DNA of 64,000 nucleotides, taken from the NCBI GenBank assembly GCA_964596735.1, contig CAZQVF010000002.1, positions 18,321 through 82,320 on the forward strand, read 5' to 3'. Below are positions 57,492 through 64,000 of the stretch, piece after piece. A program made the position numbers and the translations under genes. The notes under the pieces were generated by a model, which had not been told where the DNA came from, did not search any database, and saw only the letters and a program-made list of their open reading frames with translations. Source of the stretch: an uncultured Gammaproteobacteria bacterium. Its GTDB lineage: Bacteria; Patescibacteriota; Patescibacteriia; UBA2591; UBA6264. Position 1 is the stretch's first letter; every line of letters begins with the position of its first letter.

Positions 57492-58184
57492 TTATTTAAT
57501 AGTTGTTCCTTGAAAATTTTTTCCTTTTAAACAGTTTTCCAAGTTTTTTAATTTTTTGCCGTTTAAAACAACCACTTTTAATTTAAGTTTATAGGCTAAC
57601 TTGCTAGCCGGCGGACCAAAAGGGGCTGAGGTTCTCGGTGACCACTTTGTGCCTACGATTTTTAAAAAGTCTTTCCAACTAACCTGTTTTAATGGTTTGG
57701 CATCAGCGTATTTGTCCGGGTCTTTGTCATAAACATTGTTAATATCGCTCATATTAATAATGGTTCCAGCTTTTAAATTTTTAGCCCATAAAACTGCGTC
57801 TTTATCAGAAGAACAACCTGGTTTCCAGCCAGAGGCAATAATTAATTTTTTGTTTGTTTTAATTTTTATATTTGGGTCAGCAATAACCTGATGATAAGCG
57901 TATTGAGAAAAAATCACTCTTATTAATTCTGCATTTACTTTGGTAACTGAAATGCCCAGCCAATCTAAATCTAAATCTTTTATCCGGGCTATTTTTTGTG
58001 CTCCCTTATTATATTGGCGGTTGACTCCTCCCCCGCCGGTGATGATAACAATCTTATAACCCTGTTTTAATAATTTAACAACTAATTTTTTAAAATTTTT
58101 AAGAAAATTAACGGCAATTCTTCCTTGAGGGACAATCAATGAACCCCCTAAAGAAAGGATGATTGTTTTTTGTTTTTTGCCCAT
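57492..58184 (-). CDS. pyrH: UMP kinase, archaeal-type
   Basis: SLGGSL, ITGGG, LDWLGI..T..NA, GWKPGCSSD, VYDKDP. Confidence 0.9.
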   Translation of the reverse strand: MGKKQKTIILSLGGSLIVPQGRIAVNFLKNFKKLVVKLLKQGYKIVIITGGGGVNRQYNKGAQKIARIKDLDLDWLGISVTKVNAELIRVIFSQYAYHQVIADPNIKIKTNKKLIIASGWKPGCSSDKDAVLWAKNLKAGTIINMSDINNVYDKDPDKYADAKPLKQVSWKDFLKIVGTKWSPRTSAPFGPPASKLAYKLKLKVVVLNGKKLKNLENCLKGKNFQGTTIK

Positions 58185-58194
58185 GCTATGTTAA

Positions 58195-59931
58195 TTACAT
58201 TTCATCTAAGACATCAATGCCTAATAAATGAAGACTGTTTTTAATTACCTCGGCTACGGCTTGAATTAGCTTTAAACGGCCATTTCTTAATTTGGGCTCG
58301 GCTTTTAAAACTCGGTGTTGGTGATAAAATTCATTAAATCTTTGACTCAATCTTAAAATATGATGAGCTAAATAAGAAGGATTATAATTATCAACTGATT
58401 TCTCAAGTATTTGAGGGAAAACAAATAATAGTTTAAATAATTCTGTTTCTTCTTTATTGCCTAAAACTGAATAATCAATTTTACTTGTTTTTTCCTTCTG
58501 ATCAAGTTTTCTTAAAATACTTTGGATTCTGGCATAAGTATATTGAATATATGGACCACTGTCTCCCTCAAAAGAAATTGAAGCCTGGGGATCAAAATTA
58601 ACCTGTTGGCTTGGAGTAAACTTAAGTAAATAAAATTTTAAAGCAGCTAAAGAAATTATTTCTGCTCTTTTGGAAACTTCAGTTGGACTAAGGCTGGGGT
58701 TGCGGTTTAAAGTCTCTGATTTGGCTAATTGTTCCATTTGATTAATTAAATCATCTGCATCAACTATCTCCCCTTCTCTAGATTTCATTTTTCCCTTGGG
58801 AAGAAAAACCAAACCATAAGAAAGATGATAAGAGTTTTTAACCCAATCAAAACCAAAAATCTCTAAAACCTTAAATAAGACTCTAAAATTATAATCTTGT
58901 TCTGAGCCAACCACATAAATATCTTTATTTGGCTCAAATTGATCATGTCTTAATTTGGCTAAACCAATATCCTGGGTAATATAGACACTGGTGCCGTTAG
59001 ATCTAAGTAAAACTTTTTTGTCTAAACCATATTCAGTTAAATCAATTTCAACAGCTTTGTCTTCTCTTTGATAACACAATTTCTTTTTTAAGGCTTTTTG
59101 AACTATTTTCTTTCCTGAATCATAAACATCGCTTTCAAAATACCAATGATCAAAATCAACATCAATTTTCTCATAAGTCTGTTTTAAACCTTCAAGAGCC
59201 CATTTGTTCATTTGTTGCCAAAGAGCCACAACTGTTGCATTCCCCTCTTCCCACTGCTTTAACATTTCTTGAGCTTCATTTAATAGTTCCGGATTTTCTT
59301 TGGCATTTTCTTCAAATAATACATAGTATTGGCCGACAAAATGATCCCCTTTTATTTTCTCTGATTCTGGTGTTTTTCCCTGTCCCCATTTTTGATAAGC
59401 CAACATTGATTTGCAAATATGAATCCCCCTATCATTAACTAAGTTAGCCTTGATTACTTTGGCTCCAGTAGTGGAAAATAGATTGGCCATGGCCCAACCT
59501 AGAAAACTATTTCTTAAATGACCTAAGTGTTGAGGTTTATTTGTGTTGGGAGAAGAATATTCAATTAAAATCTTTTTGCCTTTACCCGCTTTTGTCTGGC
59601 CAAACTTGTCTTTTTGTTTTAAAATCTGCTGACAGACTGTTTCAAACCAAATACTTTTTTCTAAAAAAATATTAAGATAAGGGCCTTTCGCTTCTATTTT
59701 ATCTACCAAATCAATTAAAGGAATTCTAGTGCCAAAGAGCCTAGCCAAATCACCAGCTGTTTGATCTGGTGATTGGTTTAAATGTTTGGCAATTTTAAAA
59801 CAAGAAAAACACAAATCCCCCATCTCAGGTTGAGGCGGGGGCTCAAATCTAAAAATAAAATCTTTGGGAAGGTCTGGCAAAGCCTTTTTTAATAAATCAA
59901 CAAGATTTTCTTTAATCTGATCAATGGTCAT
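58195..59931 (-). CDS. argS: Arginine--tRNA ligase
   Basis: EYSSPNTNKPQHLGH, YVVGSEQ, KMKSREG, GPYIQYTYAR, C-terminal M. Confidence 0.97.
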   Translation of the reverse strand: MTIDQIKENLVDLLKKALPDLPKDFIFRFEPPPQPEMGDLCFSCFKIAKHLNQSPDQTAGDLARLFGTRIPLIDLVDKIEAKGPYLNIFLEKSIWFETVCQQILKQKDKFGQTKAGKGKKILIEYSSPNTNKPQHLGHLRNSFLGWAMANLFSTTGAKVIKANLVNDRGIHICKSMLAYQKWGQGKTPESEKIKGDHFVGQYYVLFEENAKENPELLNEAQEMLKQWEEGNATVVALWQQMNKWALEGLKQTYEKIDVDFDHWYFESDVYDSGKKIVQKALKKKLCYQREDKAVEIDLTEYGLDKKVLLRSNGTSVYITQDIGLAKLRHDQFEPNKDIYVVGSEQDYNFRVLFKVLEIFGFDWVKNSYHLSYGLVFLPKGKMKSREGEIVDADDLINQMEQLAKSETLNRNPSLSPTEVSKRAEIISLAALKFYLLKFTPSQQVNFDPQASISFEGDSGPYIQYTYARIQSILRKLDQKEKTSKIDYSVLGNKEETELFKLLFVFPQILEKSVDNYNPSYLAHHILRLSQRFNEFYHQHRVLKAEPKLRNGRLKLIQAVAEVIKNSLHLLGIDVLDEM

Positions 59932-59933
59932 TG

Positions 59934-60938
59934 TTAAATATTTTTACCAATGTATTCAGCCATGGCAATATATCGGCAGGCATAACCATACTCATTGTCA
60001 TACCAAGCGACTATTTTAATCAAGTCATCAGTAACTTGAGTTAATGATAAATCAACAACACCGGCATGAGGATTACCAATAAAGTCTGAAGAAACCAAAG
60101 GTTCCTCAGTAAAATCTAAAACATCTTTTAAATCTCCTTTGGCTAGTTCTTTAAACGTGTTATTAACTGTTTTAATCGTCGCTGGCTTTTCTTTTAAACA
60201 AACCAGGTCAATTAAAGATCCTACGGAGACAGGAACTCGAACAGCCATTCCCTCAAACTTTCCTTTTAATTCAGGAATTATGGTAGTGACTGATTTTATT
60301 GCTCCGGTGGTCGTTGGAATTATATTTCGCATTACTCCTCTGGCTCGGCGTAAATCTTTATGGGGTAAGTCAAGTAATTTCTGATCATTGGTAAAGGCGT
60401 GAACCGTAGTCATAAATCCCTGTTTGACCACATAAAAATCATGCAAGGTCTTGATTAATGGTAATAAACAATTAGTCGTGCAAGAGCCATTGGAAACAAT
60501 TAGATCTTTTTGAGGATTGAATTCTCCTTGATTAACTCCACCTATTAATGTTGGAATATTATCATCTTTAGGATTGGCAGAAAGCAAGACTCTTTTGGCT
60601 CCAGCTTTTAAATGTTTTTCAGCTAATTCCTTGGTAGTAAAATGACCGGTGCATTCTAAGACTAGATCTACATTTAATTTTTTCCAAGGTAAATTTGTCG
60701 GGTCTTTTTCTGCAAAAACAGGGACCTCCCTATTATTAACTACTAGATTATTTCCATTGCTACTGACTGAATATTTAAAGCTCCCATAAATCGAATCATG
60801 TTTTAAAAGATGAGCTAAGGCTTTAACTTCATTTAAATCATTAATTGCCACCACTTCTAATCCTGGAGAATCAAAAGCAAGGCGGAAACTTGGTCGACCA
60901 ATACGACCAAAGCCGTTAATGGCTATTTTAATAGACAT
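59934..60938 (-). CDS. gap: Glyceraldehyde-3-phosphate dehydrogenase type I
   Basis: INGFGRIGR, SCTTNCL, DLRRAR, WYDNEYGY. Confidence 0.97.
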   Translation of the reverse strand: MSIKIAINGFGRIGRPSFRLAFDSPGLEVVAINDLNEVKALAHLLKHDSIYGSFKYSVSSNGNNLVVNNREVPVFAEKDPTNLPWKKLNVDLVLECTGHFTTKELAEKHLKAGAKRVLLSANPKDDNIPTLIGGVNQGEFNPQKDLIVSNGSCTTNCLLPLIKTLHDFYVVKQGFMTTVHAFTNDQKLLDLPHKDLRRARGVMRNIIPTTTGAIKSVTTIIPELKGKFEGMAVRVPVSVGSLIDLVCLKEKPATIKTVNNTFKELAKGDLKDVLDFTEEPLVSSDFIGNPHAGVVDLSLTQVTDDLIKIVAWYDNEYGYACRYIAMAEYIGKNI

Positions 60939-60962
60939 ATTTTCAAAAATTAAACAGCTTAA

Positions 60963-61598
60963 TTATTGTCTTAAAACTTCAACAATTTTTTGTCCAAACT
61001 CAGTCGCCGCTTCTGGACCATTGCCCGTAATTATTTTTCCATCAACAACAACTGGTTCTTCAACATGTTCTGCTCCTTCATTCTCTAAAAATTCAACAGG
61101 ACCTTGATCAATCGAACTTGACCATACCGTAGCTTTCTTTTCTTTTAAAACACCAGCTTTGGCTAAAATCTCTGGGGCAATACAAATAGCGGCCAAAACT
61201 TTATCTTTGTTAACTGCTTGTTGAACTAATTGATGAACTGATAAATTATCCACATATTCTAAAGCTCCTGGTCCGCCAATAAAAACCAAGGCGTCAAATT
61301 CTTCAAGAACAACCTCATCAACAATCATGTCAACTGTCACTTTTTGTCCTAGCTTACCCTGAGCCTCTCCTTTTAATGAGCTGGCAATAATAGTTTTAAT
61401 ACCAGCATCTTCTAAAACCTGTCTGGTCTCAGAATATTCAAAATCTTGAAATCCTTGAAAAGCAATAACCATAATTGCTTTTTTTTGTGTTGAAACTTCT
61501 AAAGACATTACTTCCTCTTGTTCTTTGCTGTTTTGACAACCAAGTAAAGTGATTGTCATTAAAGCCAGAATTAACAAACTAATGACTTTAAACTTCAT
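60963..61598 (-). CDS. DJ-1/PfpI family protein with lipoprotein signal peptide
   Basis: LLGC lipobox; FQDFE, GGPG, AAICIAP, IITGNGP. Confidence 0.9.
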   Translation of the reverse strand: MKFKVISLLILALMTITLLGCQNSKEQEEVMSLEVSTQKKAIMVIAFQGFQDFEYSETRQVLEDAGIKTIIASSLKGEAQGKLGQKVTVDMIVDEVVLEEFDALVFIGGPGALEYVDNLSVHQLVQQAVNKDKVLAAICIAPEILAKAGVLKEKKATVWSSSIDQGPVEFLENEGAEHVEEPVVVDGKIITGNGPEAATEFGQKIVEVLRQ

Positions 61599-61673
61599 AT
61601 GATTAACTATAATTAAAATACCTTAATTTCTATAGAATAAATATTTAATTTCAAGGTTCTACAAAGCAGGTTC

Positions 61674-62498
61674 TTATTTAATTTCGTCAATCGGAACCTC
61701 AATAATCATTTTTTGTTTTTCTTTTTCCTCCATTATTTCAACCAGCACTGTTTGTTTTAAAATGCGCCAATCAACTACTTTACCCTTTCCTTTTTTAGTC
61801 TTAACCTTTTCACCTAAGGCAGGTAGCTTTTCTTTTAAATCTTTATACATTTCATTTTCAAAAGCTAAACAACATTTAAGTCTTCCACAAATTCCAGATA
61901 AACGTTCTGGGCCGCGTTGAGAAAGCTGCTGATCAAACATCATTTCAGTGGTCACATGACCTAATTTTTTTAAAAAAGCTTGGCAACAAAGTGAGCGACC
62001 GCAGGGGCCAGCGTCTCCGGCTAAACCAGTTTCTTGACGAGCTCCTACTTGGTGCATCCTGATTGACTTATGGAACTCCTGAACTAGGTCTTTAACCAAA
62101 AGGCGAAAATCTATCCTGCTAGGAGCGGTAAAGGCAAAAATGATTTTACTTCCATCAAAACTAAAATGAGCATCGATAATTTTCATGGACAGCTTTCTTT
62201 TTTTGACTAACTGCTCACATTTTTTAAGAATTTCTTTTTTATGCTTATTTCTTTCCTTTAATTTTTCAAGATCATGAGTATTAGCTTTTCTAAGGATAAA
62301 ATTTTTCCGTTGTTGATCGTCTTCTTCTGATTTTTCTTCAATTTTAATAACCTTCCCTAAATCTGTCCCTAAGTCTGTTTTAATGATTAAATGATCATTA
62401 ACTTTAAATTGATTTTTTTCAACCAATTCTCCCCCTCGTACCTGCATTATAGAATAAGGGGCGTCCCAAAGAGCTAATTGAACAAAAACTATAACCAT
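61674..62498 (-). CDS. PSP1-domain Fe-S protein (RicT/YaaT family)
   Basis: FTAPSRIDFR.LV, GPCGRSLCC, LSGICGRLKCCL. Confidence 0.92.
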   Translation of the reverse strand: MVIVFVQLALWDAPYSIMQVRGGELVEKNQFKVNDHLIIKTDLGTDLGKVIKIEEKSEEDDQQRKNFILRKANTHDLEKLKERNKHKKEILKKCEQLVKKRKLSMKIIDAHFSFDGSKIIFAFTAPSRIDFRLLVKDLVQEFHKSIRMHQVGARQETGLAGDAGPCGRSLCCQAFLKKLGHVTTEMMFDQQLSQRGPERLSGICGRLKCCLAFENEMYKDLKEKLPALGEKVKTKKGKGKVVDWRILKQTVLVEIMEEKEKQKMIIEVPIDEIK

Positions 62499-62501
62499 AA
62501 A

Positions 62502-63329
62502 TTAGATTGAGAAACGAATAAAACCTTTTACTTGAATGTTTTTACCAATCTTATCAATTTTTTGTTGGAGCAAATCTTGAATGGTCAATGAATCATCTTT
62601 AATAAAAGCTTGCAATAAAAGACAATTTTCTTTATAGAATTTTTGTATTTGTCCCTGTAATATTTTTTCCACAATCTGAGCTGGTTTGTTTTTATCAATA
62701 TTAGCTTGATAAATTTGTTTTTCCTTTTCAATCACTTCTTGAGGGACTTCTTTTTCAGAGATCCATCCAGGATTAAGGGCTGTAATTTGTAGGGCAATTT
62801 CATGAGCTAATTCATTTAATTCGTCTTTATGGGCCTTAATATCACCTTTAAAATCAAGTGAAACTAATACGCCAATTTTTCCCTCCATGTGCGAATAACC
62901 AGTAATAAGGTCTCCTTTTAAAACCTCGTAGTTACCTATTTCTATTCTTTCTCCAATAACTCCTCCCACATTATCTATCTCGTCTTTGAATTTTTTATTT
63001 AATTCTTCTAAATTTTGTGGTTTTTCTTTTTTAATAAGGTCTAGGGTGTCTTTAGAAAATTTTTGAAAGGGCTCGCTTCGAGCGGCAAAATCAGTTTCTG
63101 AATTAACGCTTACCATATATCCCTCTTGATTATCTTGAGTGATAAAGAATTTAATAATGCCCGCACTGGTTCTTCGACCATCTCTTTTGGCCGCTTTAGC
63201 AATGCCTTTTTTTCTTAATATCTCAACTGCTTTTTCTAAATCACCTTTAGATTCTTTAAGGGCTTTTTGACAATCAAGGATTCCGACCCCAGTTTTTTCA
63301 CGTAACTCTTTAACAATCTTGAACTCCAT
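62502..63329 (-). CDS. tsf: Translation elongation factor Ts
   Basis: VKELREKTG.G..DC..AL, NSETDF, LLLQAFIKD. Confidence 0.97.
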   Translation of the reverse strand: MEFKIVKELREKTGVGILDCQKALKESKGDLEKAVEILRKKGIAKAAKRDGRRTSAGIIKFFITQDNQEGYMVSVNSETDFAARSEPFQKFSKDTLDLIKKEKPQNLEELNKKFKDEIDNVGGVIGERIEIGNYEVLKGDLITGYSHMEGKIGVLVSLDFKGDIKAHKDELNELAHEIALQITALNPGWISEKEVPQEVIEKEKQIYQANIDKNKPAQIVEKILQGQIQKFYKENCLLLQAFIKDDSLTIQDLLQQKIDKIGKNIQVKGFIRFSI

Positions 63330-63338
63330 ATTCGTCTA

Positions 63339-64000
63339 TTATTTCTTGCTCTTTTTTAATGCTTTCTTTGGCCCCTCTTTAGCCGGTTGTTTTTTACCTG
63401 CTTTAATAGCCTCAACTACCAACCCAGTAACTAATTCAATTGATTTAATTGCATCATCATTGCCAGGAATTGGCCAATCAACTAATTCAGGATTGGAATT
63501 TGTATCAACCAAAGCGATTACTGGTATTTTTGACCGCCTGGCTTCCCGAATAGCTGTTTTTTCTTTTTGTAAATCAATTACATAAATGGCGTCTGGCTTC
63601 TTATTCATCTCTCTCATTCCTCCTACCATTTTTTCTAAACGGGTTAATTTTTTCTCTTGTTCTAGTTGTTCTTTTTTAGAATATTTTTTCCATTCTCCCT
63701 GCTTTTTCTCTTCTGTCATTTTATTTAATTTTTTCATTAATTCAGAAATAGTAGAAAAATTGGTTAAGGTTCCACCTAACCAATGTTCAATAACAAACGG
63801 CCCTCCTATTTCTTGAGCTGATTTTTGAATTATATCTTTGGCGGCTGGTTTAGTTCCTACGAATAAAACAACTCCTCCCTGACTAGCCAGCTCTGTAAGA
63901 AAATTAAGGGCTGGTTGAAGTTTTTCTACTGTTTTGTCTAAATCAATGATATTAATATTATTTTTCACCCCATAAATATATGGTTCCATTTTAGGTGAAC
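63339..64000 (-). CDS. rpsB: 30S ribosomal protein S2 (5' end lies beyond the window)
   Basis: Frame open to window edge (SPKMEPYIY), LFVGTK, WLGGTLTN, VDTNSNP, PGNDD. Confidence 0.97.
   Translation of the reverse strand, partial: SPKMEPYIYGVKNNINIIDLDKTVEKLQPALNFLTELASQGGVVLFVGTKPAAKDIIQKSAQEIGGPFVIEHWLGGTLTNFSTISELMKKLNKMTEEKKQGEWKKYSKKEQLEQEKKLTRLEKMVGGMREMNKKPDAIYVIDLQKEKTAIREARRSKIPVIALVDTNSNPELVDWPIPGNDDAIKSIELVTGLVVEAIKAGKKQPAKEGPKKALKKSKK

Larger units (their letters stand above)
26558..61676. repeat. Dispersed intergenic repeat family with core CTTGAAA(T/C)TAA, six copies (26558-26599 +, 30736-30759 -, 31102-31123 +, 32392-32413 -, 35276-35300 +, 61643-61676 -)
   Basis: Four copies match TATAAGCARRRCTTGAAAYTAA, two match AGAACCTTGAAATTAAAT; all lie at gene boundaries. 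The coordinates span first to last copy. Confidence 0.8.

Noticed and set aside
49417-61254. DnaA boxes (TGTGAATAA 49417, TTATCCACA 57042 and 61246) as oriC
   Set aside because: Isolated single boxes kilobases apart, one inside a CDS; no cluster or dnaA/dnaN nearby
26558-61676. CRISPR array or integron attC sites for the dispersed repeat
   Set aside because: Copies are hundreds to thousands of bp apart in alternating orientation, lack RYYYAAC/GTTRRRY cores, and no cas or intI gene is in the window
1013-63816. Numerous 60-126 aa antisense or alternate-frame ORFs in the track (e.g. 32470-32820, 34786-35118, 47105-47446, 54379-54759, 56062-56358)
   Set aside because: Shadow ORFs overlapping well-supported genes, with no recognisable motifs or expression signals
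1-64000. Alternative genetic code 25 (TGA=Gly) as in Gracilibacteria/Absconditabacteria
   Set aside because: Long conserved genes translate full-length in code 11 and are not broken by in-frame TGA

Overview
A 64-kb AT-rich, gene-dense bacterial chromosome segment in genetic code 11. Gene content points to Patescibacteria/CPR, probably Parcubacteria-like: form III-like RuBisCO with R15P isomerase, archaeal-type PyrH, single-domain TsaB, short TruB, CPR-style type IV pilus locus, ThyX, PolX. This taxonomic call is inference. The first ~30 kb is coded on + (rarA cluster, ppdK, a histidine kinase plus three stand-alone receivers running into a type IV pilus operon, truB, M23 peptidase, mgtE, polX-ddl-ftsQ). 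The rest is mostly on - (gltX, RuBisCO operon, thyX, rnj, rplJL, pyrH-argS-gap, tsf, rpsB), with clpB-lemA, fmt and two unknown genes on +. No rRNA, tRNA, CRISPR array or intact transposase was seen. Most notable, all read by eye: (1) two convergent, separately promoted and terminated structured RNAs between truB and the M23 gene, one 6S-like and one unidentified; (2) a PilM-PilN(INLLP)-TM-2xSH3 fusion and a 940-aa pilin-propeller adhesin; (3) a nucleotidyltransferase coupled between R15P isomerase and RuBisCO; (4) a leader-peptide attenuator above an orphan receiver/Cys-rich gene pair; (5) a six-copy intergenic repeat, two copies of which form a perfect 22-bp inverted repeat around one gene; (6) repeated leaderless promoter architecture.
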